Of a stretch of DNA of 64,000 bases, positions 1 through 12,867 are shown piece by piece; the stretch's first letter is position 1, and each line of letters starts with the position of its first letter. The translations under genes were made by a program, and so were the position numbers. The stretch comes from Azolla caroliniana (Eukaryota > Plantae > Polypodiophyta): contig JBHGNT010000018.1 of NCBI GenBank assembly GCA_043228905.1, positions 1,922,001-1,986,000 on the forward strand, in the 5' to 3' direction. Under the pieces are notes generated by a model. The model was not told the origin of the DNA. It saw only the letters and a list, made by a program, of their open reading frames with translations, and did not search any database.

Positions 1-300
1 GTATCTTTCAAGGATCCGCTCCTCGAACTCCGGCCAACTTCAGCAGTTGGCCTACATCTCGAGCACCTCTGTGTGGATGCTCGTCGTAACTACCCATGGA
101 AATGCGGACAACCGTCTATCGTCCTCTACCACCCCTTTCACGTTGGGTTCACCAATGATGTCGCGGTATTCCGCGGGTATGTGTTGGAACGGGGAGGAAC
201 CGTCGGGGTCTCGGACCAAGGAGCCGACAAGAGAAGAAAGGTTGTCTAGATCAGCCTCTTGACGACTTCACTGGAACATTATTTGGACGTGTAACCCTAT
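1..300 (-). mobile_element. Decayed LTR-retrotransposon gag-like fragment, truncated by window start
   Basis: Manual minus-strand translation reads ...VVEDDRRLSAFPWVVTTSIHTEVLEM*ANC*SWPEFEERILERY, with a W-x-E-F-E-x-x-I-L-x-R-Y pattern like retrotransposon gag, and internal stops. The family assignment is inference. Confidence 0.4.
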
Positions 301-974
301 CCAGATCGATTCCCGGATGCCGGACGGTGAGCGCACGGGCTTAGAGACATATGTTGTTCCAAATTGGATGCCATATACCATCAATGAGCTCACGGGCTCA
401 TGCTCCCGGAACCGCACTCTCAAACAGGAACATAGCAAGAATAAAGCACAGGGATGCCCAAACACACGGGAGAAGCAACAAACTAATGATTAATCAGAGG
501 AAACAGGAAAGAAATACAACCGGACTCAATCGGCAAAAGAGCTTCGAGCTCTCTATACCGACACTCACATAGACACTGATACTAGTGGGCCTCTGGTCGG
601 GAGCACTCGGGCTTCCTATGCGAGCAAAGGACTCCACAACACCGGACGGATACACGAACACAGCAAATCGACTACTTGGCTCTCAAACCGACATCACTTC
701 GACCTCCCAAATCGTGGATCCTCTCCCTGTCTTCTCTCCCTCCTTCTATAGCTCAAGGAGAGAGCGAAGTCGTTACATCAGGCTGTTAAGACATCTGCTT
801 TCCATCAAAGATTTCCCTCGATTCTCTCCACCTAAACCACTTTCTGTCCTCTTTACGCATGGGACATAAAGCGCCCCCTTTTCTACTCTACCTAGTTCTT
901 TAAATGCTCTACATATATTTATATCTATTTGTACATAAGGTCATATTTGTGTGCATCCACACACACACCCGTTC

Positions 975-3590
975 CCGGAAATATCGTAGAAGAGTTAGAG
1001 CCGATTAATGTTGTCCTAAATAATTTGGCATGTGTGGTATCATTTAATATAATTAGTAGTCAGTCCAGAGCATCCAATTATTTTGGGGTTACCATGGTTC
1101 GAATTATACAATCCGAACATAGATTGGAGAACAAGAGAAATCAGGTATCGACAATCTCGAGAATCTACTCACAAGATTTCAACCATTTCACTACATCAAT
1201 TACGTGAGAAAGGACGCAAGGAATCAATGTTTGTATTCGTAGTATCAATGAAACCTTCCAACACTACTAAGGAGGAGTCAACAATTTAACTTCCAAGGAA
1301 GTACCATCATTATGCCAACGTTTTTGGTAAGGTAAAAGCTAGTACTCTTCCTCACTAACGATCGTGTGATTGTCCCATTGATTTACAACCAGGAAAAGAG
1401 CCACTATGGGGACTAATCTACAACTTGTCACCAACTGAGCTTGAAGTTCTTCGAGCCTACATAGAGGAAAATTTGGCAAACGGGTTCATTCGACGCACCT
1501 ATTTTCTTCGTCAACAAAAAAGATGGCTCACTTCATCTAGTCGTGGATTACCGTGGCTTGAATAAGGTCGCCATCAAGAATTGATATGCACTTCCCCTAT
1601 CTCAGATCTTTTAGAAAGGATTAATGGCACAAAGTTTTTCACAAAAATTGACTTACGAGGAGCATATAACCTCGTACGGATTCGACTAGGAGACAAATGG
1701 AAGACAACTTTCCGCATCCCATATGGACACTTCAAGTATATGATTATTCCATTCGGCCTCACCAATGCGCCAACAGTCTTACCAACACATGGAAAATGAT
1801 ATATTCTGAGATCTTTTGGACATCTGTTTGATCTACTTGGATGATCTAGTAGTTTATTCAAAGACACAGGAGGAGTATGATTTCTCATGTACTACTAGTA
1901 CTAAGACCACTACGAGAACATGGTCTTTATGCAAAGCTGGAAAAGTGTAGTTTTGACTGTAACCAGGTGGAATTTCTAGCTATGTCATCTCCTTAGAAGG
2001 CATATCTATGGATGCAACTGAAGTCTAAACTGTGTTAGAGTGGCAAACTCCACGTTCATTGCGAGATGTGCAATGCTTTTAGGATTTGAAAATTTCTATC
2101 GCAAGTTTATACAGGACTACTCAAAGCTTATTTACCGCTCACACAACTTACAAAGAAGGGACAATCGTTTCTTTGGGCTAAGGAAGCGGACACTACTTTT
2201 GAAGGTCTCAAGAACGCATTTACATCAACTCCTGTTCTAGCTCATGTTGATCTGCAAAAACCATTCATCATTGAGGCAAACGCGTCAAATTTCACCCTCA
2301 GTAGTATTTTGTCACAACAAGGCGACGATGAGAAGCTACATCATGTGGCTTTCCACTCGCGCAAATTTGACGCCACCGAAATCAACTATGAGATACATGA
2401 CAAGGAGCTATTAGCAATAGTGGACTCTTTTGCACAGTGGAGGCATGTTTTAGAAGAATCTCCTCATCAAGTCATTGTATTTAATGATCACAAGAATCTT
2501 GCCTACTTCCATAATGCTTGCGTGTTAAATAGACGACAAGCTCGGTGGGCTCAGTTCCTCAGTTGTTTCGACTTCAAGATGACATATCGTCCGGGCAAGC
2601 AATAGGGGAAGGCAGATGCATTACCACGATGCTTGTATCTAGCTCCTCATCATGGTGATCCTGCATTCGACAATCAAAATGAAGTAATCCTGGGTCCAAC
2701 ACAACTTCAAGCAACGTGGGTTTTTGACACTCCATTGGATTCCTGCATTAGCGATACCATACGTGAATATTTGACGACAGGTGCTTTTGCTCAAGCTATT
2801 CTAGATCAAATCGATCCCTCTCGAGCATCTTGTCACGATCACAACAACCAGGTACGGATTATCGACAATTCAAATGTCATGATGGTTTACTCTTCTTTAA
2901 GAAACTTTTGTATGTTCCCAATGGTTCTTGTCACCTTCGAATAGTACAAAATTTTCCTGACACATAAACAGCCGAACATTTTGGTAGTACTAAAACGTTG
3001 GATTTAGTCAACGATCATTTTGGTGGCCCCATATGCGAAGATTTGTCGAAGACTATGTTCAGACATGTGATACATGTTGTAGAGCGAAGATTGGTTTGTT
3101 GGAGCCATTACCAATCCCAACCAAACCGTGACAATCCATTGAATCTCTAGATTTTATCACAGATTTTCCGGATTCGAAGGGCTTCAATGCAATCTTAACA
3201 GTGGTAGATCGATATACTAAGATGGCACATTTCGTGCCCTGTACTAAAGAAATCACTAGTGAAGAAACCGCGGGAATTGTTATGCGTGAAGTATTTTGGC
3301 ATCATGGTCTTCCTGACAGTAAGTATCATTAGTGATCGTGAACCTCAATCCATCTCTAAATTTTGGAAGCGTCTCTTCAAAATGCTCAATGTCACTTGCA
3401 ATCTCTCTTTCGGCTATCATCCCCAAACATATAGACAAGCAGAATGTACCAATCAAACGTTGGAACAGTATATTCGGTGTTTCCTTAGCTATCAACAAGA
3501 TGATTGGGCATATATTCTACACTTTGCTGAATTTTCTTATAATAATTCTATCCACTCCTCTACTAGGGTTACACCATTCTACGCTTATAC
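975..3590 (+). mobile_element. Decayed Ty3/gypsy pol (protease-RT-RNase H-integrase order), chromovirus-like
   Basis: Fragment ORFs: GLPWFELYNPNIDW (protease end); [46 protein letters not shown] (RT); VAFHSRKFDATEINYEIHDKELLAIV...DHKNLAYF...RQARW (RNase H); IISDREPQSISKFW...YHPQT...TNQTLEQYIRCF (integrase). Many frameshifts and stops. Confidence 0.95.
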
Positions 3591-3850
3591 CAGCCCCGAT
3601 TCAATACAGAGCGAAAACAAAGGGAACAACAGATCTCCAGATCTCAAACCGACAACACTTCCCTCTCCAAAACGATGGATCCCTCACTCACACACAGCCC
3701 TCTCCTTTTATAGCTCAAGGACAGGTTGTTCCATCATGTTGTTAAGACAACCATTTTTTGTCCCGATTCTCTCCTCGATTTCCTCTCATCAACCCCCTTT
3801 ATTCCTCTACTCGTGTTGTCACAAAAGTACATATCAATATCAACACTTAA
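3590..3850 (-). mobile_element. LTR-like fragment related to 690-860
   Basis: Shares blocks tctcaaaccgac, tatagctcaagga and tgttaagaca in the same order with 690-800. It abruptly ends the gypsy integrase homology and has a TATA-like gctataaaagga on the minus strand. Boundaries approximate. Confidence 0.5.
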
Positions 3851-3949
3851 ACTAACACTACTATTTACACATATTGGTACATCAAAAAGGTTTCATGTGC
3901 ATCCGTGCACACCTCCGTTCACATGCTCACCGACCCGTTGTCTTCCTCG

Positions 3950-6800
3950 TGTCCGAGATCTCCATTCAACCATGTCCAAATCCCTTTTCTCTTGGTGGTC
4001 GGAATCCTTCACGACACCGAAGTAAAGAAATCCCTTGCGAGTACCAATGAGAAACTCTATCACTCCACCCAAGAAAAGAACGCAATCACCCAATTCGGTT
4101 ACAATGACTACATTGCATATCATTATGCTTTTATGATGAAGGTGGCAATCATTCATGAGCTAGAAAGTTTTGTTGAAACTGCTCAAGATCCACGATGGGT
4201 AGAAGCGATGAACGAAGAAATGCAAGCACTCAGCAAGAACATAACATGTGACCACACAAAAAGGAAATTGGCTACCAGTGGATATACAAGGTGAACTACA
4301 ATGCCAACAACACGGTGTCGTGAAGAATTTCGTCTAGAGGTGGAAACCAGGAAACATTGGCTACATCGGCGGGGTGCAGCATGTGTGCTCACCCTTGTAC
4401 ATTTAGTGTGAATAACGAGGGCGCCTTTATGGCGCCGAAGAGTACTCAAGTCGGGACAGACGATCCCATGTAAGTCGGGATTTATCCCACATTGTAACAC
4501 ATCCCTCTCCTTGTTCTATAAAAGGAAGGGAGCGCCCTTTGTGAAGGGGTTGCCCATTTTGCGTTAGAGGGTATACCATTAGATTTAGGGTTAGTTCTTC
4601 TTCTTCTTCTTCTTCTTCTTCTTCTTCTTCTTCTTCCCCCTTCGTGTTTTGCTTAGGGTTTGCTTTGGCTCGGCCTCCTGTGCAAGACCCCGCTCGGCGC
4701 GACGAGCCGAGAGCTCCCTGACGGCGGCTTGACAGCAGACGACTTCTGTAACCTACCTTGGTCTGGCTCGAAGCCGGGAATGTATTCTTCCTTTTATATA
4801 CATACATTTGTGTCTTTTTGTGTATATCCGCGTCTCTGTTGGTGTCGGGTGCTTCCCCTTTCCTGCGTTTCCTGTACATAAGGGCGTGAATCGGGTCGGC
4901 CTGTGTGTCTGTGTGTGTGTGTGTGTCTGTGTGTGCGTGAGTCGGTGTCAAGCGCGCGCTCCCTCTCTTTCTCTCTCCCTTCGGTTGCTTCCGGTGTGCT
5001 TCTGGGATGCCCCGGAAACGGTGAAGTACGACTTCCTACGCTCCGTCACTCCCTAGTCCAAGACCCCCGTGGTTCCGCCTTTCTCCACGCACGCGCGTAA
5101 CAACGCGACAACGGTTAATCGGTACAAAGCCCGACTTGTAGCAAAAGGCTACTCGTAGACACACAGAGTCAACTATGAGGAGACCTTTGCACCAGTGGCA
5201 AAGATGACGACCATTCGGACTGTGTTAGCTCTAGCAACAACAAAAGGTTGGCATCTCCATCCGATGGACGTAAAGAACGCCTTTCTCCAACGTGAATTAG
5301 AAGAAGAGGTGTACATGATACAACCACCTAAATTTAAGTCTAGATCACATCCGACTACTGTATGTTGACTCAAAAGGCCCATCTATGACCTCAAGCAAGC
5401 GCCTAGAGCATAGCATTCAAAGATAACCCAATATCTTCATCAAGTCGGCCTCAAAATGTCCAAGTCTGACAATTCCTTGTTCATCTGGAGCAACACTAAA
5501 GGACAAATATTCATCATAATATATGTCGATGACTTGGTAATTGGAGGAGAAGACATAGCCGAGATCAATAATATCAAGATGCTCCTCTATGGCAAATTCT
5601 AAATGAAGGACATGAAAGAGCTCCACAACTTCCTAGGCATCAAAGTAATTCAGAATCCTAATGCCATCCTGATCTCCCAACGACACTATGTCTTAAACAT
5701 ACTATTCAAATTCAGGATGACAAAATGCAAGCCTATAATGACCTCACTCGATCGAAATCTAATGATAGATGCAAACTCCGGCACAAAAGCGTGCACGTCG
5801 ACACACTATTGGCAAAATACAAGGGCGCAACCATTGCTACATGTGATGCCATATGGCTCAAGAGAATATTGAAGGATCTGGATGTCTCCATTAACGATCC
5901 AATCTATCTCTACTATGATAACCTCGGCAGTATTCATCTTCCTCACAATCCGATCTTCCATGCTCGGACAAAGCACATCGAGGTGCATTACCACTTCTCT
6001 ACATGTGATGCCATATGGCTCAAGAGATTATTGAAGGATCTAGATGTCTCCATCAACGATCCAATCTGTCTCTACTATGATAACCTCGGCAGTATTCATC
6101 TTCCTCACAAGCCGGTCTTCCATGCTCGGACGAAGCACATCGAGGTGCATTACCACTTCATCTAAGAACAAGTTCTAGTGGGGGATGTTGACCTCCAACA
6201 TATCAATAAAAATATTTAGACCGTCGACATCTTCACAAAAGCTCTAGGAGTCGACAAGCTTTGGTAGTTTACGTTAGACCTTGGTCTTTCGACCTCTGAC
6301 CTACCGAGCTTGAGGGGGAGTGACAGCCAATAGACGGAAGCCGAACACAAAGAGCGGAGTGAGCCGGCTATCAAAGCCAAAGCCGGACCTAGACAACATC
6401 TAGGCGAAAGCCAACTATAAGCCAACTATCAAGCGGCAACTGGAAGTTGAGCTTGAAGGGGCATGTTGAGAATCAAACTCAACTTCCTCTAGTAGTGTGA
6501 ACACACCTCAGGAATATACAAGTGTGTGAACACACCAAGTTACTATGTAACAATAACTAATGTGTCATAGATGTAACTCCTATGACACATAATTATGACG
6601 TGGTTAAATTTCCCCCTATTTCCGGAGAGGTAGTTTTAGTAAGAGAGTGTAGAGAGAAGGTTACTATATAAGCACCATCTCCTTTCCTTTGTAAAGTGTC
6701 GGTTATCATTCTTGTGAAATATAGGTATTTTGTTTTTCTGTCTAGCTTGTGTCGACTCTCTCTCCTCTTCTCTCATACACACACACACACACCTCTAATC
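3950..6800 (+). mobile_element. Decayed Ty1/copia RT-RNase H with PPT and start of 3' LTR
   Basis: DPRWVEAMNEEMQAL; RYKARLVAKGYS; ETFAPVAKMTTIR; MDVKNAFL; YVDDLVIGG; DNLGSIHLPHNPIFHARTKHIEVHYHF. Purine tract gcttgaaggggca is followed by TGTTGAGAATC at 6464, the putative LTR start. Interrupted at 4316-5110. Confidence 0.93.
4316..5110. mobile_element. Solo LTR (795 bp) inserted in the copia RT
   Basis: Termini TGTCGTG...CGCGACA (TG..CA, 6/7 inverted match). ACGG on both flanks (4312-4315, 5111-5114). Removing it restores KVNYNANNTVNRYKARLVAKG. Internal TATA-like ctataaaagg, (TTC)14, GT and CT tracts. Confidence 0.88.
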
Positions 6801-9131
6801 CATTTCTGTTGCACATAATCACATACTTGATTGTTTACAAACCCCCTTCCCACTTGGAACAATCCCCACTATGTCTGGTCCTTTACACTTGGAGCAACCT
6901 CGATCATGTTGGAATGTTCTTTGTGTGTTTCTTCTACTCGAGGATTTGGATGGTATGTCCCAATCCCTTGTCTTCCTCGATTCTTCTTGCTTAGCTTGCT
7001 CGTGTGTTCTCACACTATACCTTCTCTCCATGGGTTCTTCTTTGTGGTAGGACACCTCCCAATCACCAACCCACTCTACTTTGACTGCTTCTTCTAATGT
7101 TGTTGGCCTCATTTTCGTTTCCTCTCTCCGGATTGACGATCATAGAGGAAATTGTGTAACCTATCAAAATCACTTATATTAGTAATCTGAAACATCAATC
7201 TTCGATACTTTGAAATATAACTCTTGATTTTTCCCAACCCTTGAGTTAGATTTCTCCACTGATCTCTCAACATAAAAGGTTCGTTTCGTGGAATAAAATG
7301 CTCCCTTATCCTTAGATCGAAATCCTCCCAATCTTCGAAGGGTTCCCTCAACTCTACCAACAAGTAATGATTCTATGCGTTGCTCTTAAGGTATCAAATC
7401 ACTACCTTCACCCATGCTCTTGGCTTCACCAGACATTGCTCTAGGAAGCATTCCACATCATGTATCCACTTGTTTAGCACCAGGGACTCCCTCTTTCCAA
7501 CATACTCCCTCGAGGGTATTGGCTTGTATCTTCCATAGTCGTGTTCCTCCTCGACCCTTTCTCTTTGGCTCCTTTTTTATGATCTTTGCTCCTTCATTTT
7601 CTCCATTAGGATTTCTGCCAACTTGGCCAAAGCAATCTCCATCGGGTTCCCTCTCCTTCATGGCTCCTCTATTGCTTCTAATTCTAACGCTAATCTACTT
7701 TCCTCATTGCTTTCTCTTTCTTTGATCACCATTTTCTAATTTTATCATTATAGTGACATGGAAGAGACTTAGGTGCCCTATGTTTGAGTCCACAATTCAC
7801 CTAGCTTATTGATGCATTCTTCTATATTTATACTATACACGACATCTTCCCACACTTTTAATGGATGTTGCACTTTGTTCACTGTGATAGAAAAAGGACA
7901 AAGTTGGAGTATTCCCATGTGTGTCACCTAATTAGTAATGGAACGTGATTCTTGTGAACCAACACATACAATTTGAATCCTATCATGGTTGCAATGAGGG
8001 CTCCTATCCATGATGGGAGCTTTAAAGACTTGTCTAAAATATTGGCTTCTACATGAAAATGGTCATGCATGGAATCGCCCTGCTAACATCAACCTTACCC
8101 CAATTTTCTCATTAAGCATGGCAATACCCAACATGAGTCGGTCGAAAAATGTAGTTCACGTTAACCGAAATCCTCAAACACATCAAATTTATATAGGACC
8201 AATCTGCCATATGGCTCAAGAGAATATTGAAGGATCTAGATGTCTCCATCAACGATCCAATCTGTCTCTACTATGATAACCTCGGCAGTATTCATCTTCC
8301 TCACAATCCGATCTTCCATGCTCGGACAAAGCACATCGAGGCGCATTACCACTTCGCTACATGTGATGCCATATGGCTCAAGAGAATATTGAAGGATCTG
8401 GATGTCTCCATCAACGATCCAATCTGTCTCTACTATGATAACCTCGGCAGTATTCATCTTCCTCACAATCTGGTCTTCCATGCTCGGACGAAGCACATCG
8501 AGGTGCATTACCACTTCATCGGAGAACAAGTTCTAGTGGGGGATGTTGACCTCCAACATATCAATACAAATATTTAGACCATCGACATCTTCACAAAAGC
8601 TCTAGGAGTCGACAAGCTTCGGTAGTTTACGTCAGACCTTGGTCTTTCGACCTCTGACCTACCGAGCTTGAGGGGGAGTGACAGCCAATAGACGGAAGTT
8701 GAACACAAAGAGCGGAGTGAGCCGGCTATCAAAGCCAAAGCCGGACCTAGACAACATCTAGGCGAAAGCCAACTATAAGCCAACTATCAAGCGGCAACTG
8801 GAAGTTGAGCTTGAAGGGGCATGTTGAGAATCAAACTCAACTTCCTCTAGTAGTGTGAACACACCTCAGGAATATACAAGTGTGTGAACACACCAAGTTA
8901 CTATGTAACAATAACTAATGTGTCATAGATGTAACTCCTATGACACATAATTATGACGTGGTTAAATTTCCCCCTATTTCCGGAGAGGTAGTTTTAGTAA
9001 GAGAGTGTAGAGAGAAGGTTATTATATAAGCACCATCTCCTTTCCTTTGTAAAGTGTCAGTTATCATTCTTGTGAAATATAGGTATTTTGTTTTTCTTTC
9101 TAGCTTGTGTCGACTCTCTCTCCTCTTCTCT

Positions 9132-9166
<35 letters not shown>

Positions 9167-10575
9167 CTAATCCATTTCTGTTGCACATAATCACATACTT
9201 GATTGTTTACAAACCCCCTTCCCACTTGGAACAATCCCCACTATGTCCAGTCCTTTACACTTGGAGCAACCTCGATCATGTTGGAATGTTCTTTGTGTGT
9301 TTCTTCTACTCGAGGATTTGGATGGTATGTCCCAATCCCTTGTCTTCCTCGATTCTTCTTGCTTAGCTTGCTCGTGTGTTCTCACACTATACCTTCTCTC
9401 CATGGGTTCTTCTTTGTGGTAGGACACCTCCCAATCACCAACCCACTCTACTTTGACTGCTTCTTCTAATGTTGTTGGCCTCATTTTCGTTTCCTCTCTC
9501 CGGATTGACGATCATAGAGGAAATTGTGTAACCTATCAAAATCACTTATATTAGTAATCTGAAACATCAATCTTCGATACTTTGAAATATAACTCTTGAT
9601 TTTTCCCAACCCTTGAGTTAGATTTCTCCACTGATCTCTCAACATAAAAGGTTCGTTTCGTGGAATAAAATGCTCCCTTATCCTTAGATCGAAATCCTCC
9701 CAATCTTCGAAAGGTTCCCTCAACTCTACCAACAAGTAATGATTCTATGCGTTGCTCTTAAGGTATCAAAACACTACCTTCACCCCATGCTCTTGGCTTC
9801 ACCAGACATTGCTCTAGGAAGCATTCCACATCATGTATCCACTTGTTTAGCACCAGGGACTCCCTCTTTCCAACATACTCCCTCGAGGGTATTGGCTTGT
9901 ATCTTCCATAGTCGTGTTCCTCCTCGACCCTTTCTCTTTGGCTCCTTTTTTATGAGCTTTGCTCCTTCATTTTCTCCATTAGGATTTCTGCCAACTTGGC
10001 CAAAGCAATCTCCATCGGGTTCCCTCTCCTTCATGGCTCCTCTATTGCTTCTAATTCTAACGCTAATCTACTTTCCTCATTGCTTTCTCTTTCTTTGATC
10101 ACCATTTTCTAATTTTATCATTATAGTGACATGGAAGAGACTTAGGTGCCCTATGTTTGAGTCCACAATTCACCTAGCTTATTGATGCATTCTTCTATAT
10201 TTATACTATACACGACATCTTCCCACACTTTTAATGGATGTTGCACTTTGTTCACTGTGATAGAAAAAGGACAAAGTTGGAGTATTCCCATGTGTGTCAC
10301 CTAATTAGTAATGGAACGTGATTCTTGTGAACCAACACATACAATTTGAATCCTATCATGGTTGCAATGAGGGCTCCTATCCATGATGGGAGCTTTAAAG
10401 ACTTGTCTAAAATATTGGCTTCTACATGAAAATGGTCATGCATGGAATCGCCCTGCTAACATCAACCTTACCCCAATTTTCTCATTAAGCATGGCAATAC
10501 CCAACATGAGTCGGTCGAAAAATGTAGTTCATGTTAACCGAAATCCTCAAACACATCAAATTTATATAGGACCAA
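5847..10575. repeat. Near-identical tandem duplication, two units of about 2.36 kb (5847-8204, 8205-10575)
   Basis: The ORF track repeats nearly verbatim (6819-7112 vs 9191-9484; 7109-7363 vs 9481-9735). Junction ...ataggaccaa-tc-tgccatatggctc at about 8200-8205. Confidence 0.97.
6819..7700 (-). mobile_element. Decayed Ty3/gypsy gag fragment (second copy at about 9191-10070)
   Basis: WEDFDLRIREHFIPRNEPFMLRDQWRNLTQGLGKIKSYISKYRRL (retrotransposon gag pattern), then RPTTLEEAVK and a degenerate zinc knuckle CSKCKG. Confidence 0.8.
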
Positions 10576-12121
10576 CTGAAGTGTATGTTCGGTAGCTAGG
10601 TGGGCCTAAGAAATCTCAATTAATGGTTTTTAACATTTGGTTGTTTTTGCTTCAAGGTAATAATTAGTAATTTGATCTCCCATTATGCAAACATTTAGGT
10701 CATCATTTCTAACCCAAGGCATAGGCCTTCGTTATTAAAGAGTAGCCAATATTTTGGAAAGGAATCCATCTCCCCGAGTCAATGTGGATTTTGAAATCAT
10801 GGATTTCAGATTTCATCATGCATTTATATTTCACATATCTTAATGCCATGCCAAATTTCGTTCCAAAGCCCTCTTTATATATTTTTTCTTCATATTTTAG
10901 GGAAATGGATCTTAATAATTATTTCCCAAAAACTTTAAGCTCTTAATTCCTTAAATAAATTAGGTCTACACTAATCCACTTGAAAACTTAAATTTAGAGA
11001 TAATATAAATGTAAAATTTCATGGAGAGTACCATGTTATGCATCGTCATCCAAAGTATCCTCAATGATATCAAGGTATGTTGTTATTTAAGGGTTGTAAA
11101 AGTTGGAAAGCAATGTTTTGCTCTTTTAATTAACATATTTCTTATATTGATAATGAACATACAAGCATTCATAAAGAGTAATTTCATCATTTGATAAAAT
11201 ATTTGATTAAAGAGAGAATGGTGTGGATATGTTATTCATAATATAATCTAATGAAAGAGAGAATCTTCAAGTGGAGTACTACTTGACCTACTTGATTAAT
11301 ACATGGCAAGTAAAATATATGAGGTGATTGTATAACAATGAATATAGTAGTTTCAACAAGAATGGAACTACATAAACACGGCCTCATTTGTAAAGAGATA
11401 TTATAATTTAGAATGAGTTACAATGGATTCAACAACGGGATAGCTTAATGATTTTGTATGGTTATTACTTGAATGTCAACATCACTACATTCTTCTAAAA
11501 CTTATTCCTAACCTACCAGCCACCTAATGCCACAACTTTTAACAAAGAAATAAAAGGTGCCTACATTAGTTTATGTTTAAAACCCCGTAGTGCAAATCTT
11601 TACTCTTTTCTAGTTTTGTCGCAAGGCGAGGTAATTTCGTGGATATTCAACACCTCAACGAGATTGAAAGTGGAGAGAAAGAAAGAAAGAAATTATTGTT
11701 ACCTTTCCGGAATGCCTTGAAGGCGAGGGCATGTATGGATGTGTGTGTGTGTGTGTGTGTGTGACTAGGACAATGTCAATAATACAAAATCGGGTTCAGA
11801 TACAAACGGAGTTGAAACAAAGTATGGTTTTAACAAAGGTTAATGCCCGACAATTTCTCATGTTTTACACCACAACATAAACAGCATTTCTATGATGTGC
11901 CTCAAGTTATAATGTCATGGACACATAAATCTAGGGTATACGAACTCATTCTTATGTCAACTGTTTTGCGATTGTCCCAAACATACGAGGCTAGAAACTA
12001 TTTGCCCCAAACTCCAAAGGTCAATCATTTTCTCGTCACTTCGGCATGTGGACATAGCACACTAGGAGGGCCTTAGTGAACGGAGACCGACTGATGCAAC
12101 AAACTGATGACAAACGTTACG

Positions 12122-12142
12122 TTTAGGGTTTAGGGTTTAGGG
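12122..12142 (+). repeat. (TTTAGGG)3 plant telomere-type / telo-box tract about 730 bp upstream of the bHLH ATG
   Basis: Directly read: tttagggtttagggtttaggg. Confidence 0.8.
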
Positions 12143-12867
12143 CACTCTTCGAGGGCTTTAATATAATTAGTAAACAAAGTTCGACGGGAGCTGCAAATCA
12201 AAAGGGTCTGCGATGTGATCAGCATTAGAGTATTACATAGGAAATGGGTCATGATGCAGATAGAGATGCTAGTGTGTCCCGGACATTGAGCCTGAGAGTG
12301 CCGATAGTGTGAACACGGCATGGCCTAAGGAACTAAGTGTGAGTGCTTTGGTACATGAGGACACACACAAGAAGAAGAACATGAATGAATGAATGAATGA
12401 ATGAATGAAGAAGAAGAAGAAGAAGAAGAAGAAGAGTCATTGAGTGGAAAGTGAGGAATGAGATGATTATGTGTTTTCAAAAAGTAGAGTTAAAAATGCT
12501 TTTTGCTTTTTGCTTTTTGCTTTTCTAAGCTTTCCCCTTGCTTCTGCTTCTTTTTATGGTTCCCTTTCACTTTCATTCAAATTTTTTTTATTTTTTTTTA
12601 TTTTTATGATGCAGTTATCAATGAAACAAAAAGCCTTTTTGAACCTTCTTCTTCTCATGCTTCTTCCTTCTCAATATGTATGTTATCCTGATCTCTGTGT
12701 ACTGCCCTGCCCCCTTCAAAAACCATGATGATTCATGTCTTCTTGTCACAATTACTTAATACTGCTACTTATACAGCCTTGGAATTGAAGTAAGGCGCTT
12801 CTGATTCCTAGTTATTATACCCCAATTTAAGTGCTAAATCTTTATCTCTCGATTCTTATCTTAATAA

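Noticed and set aside
4427-4951. 174-aa ORF with poly-Glu and HT repeats
   Set aside because: It is a translation of microsatellites inside the solo LTR.
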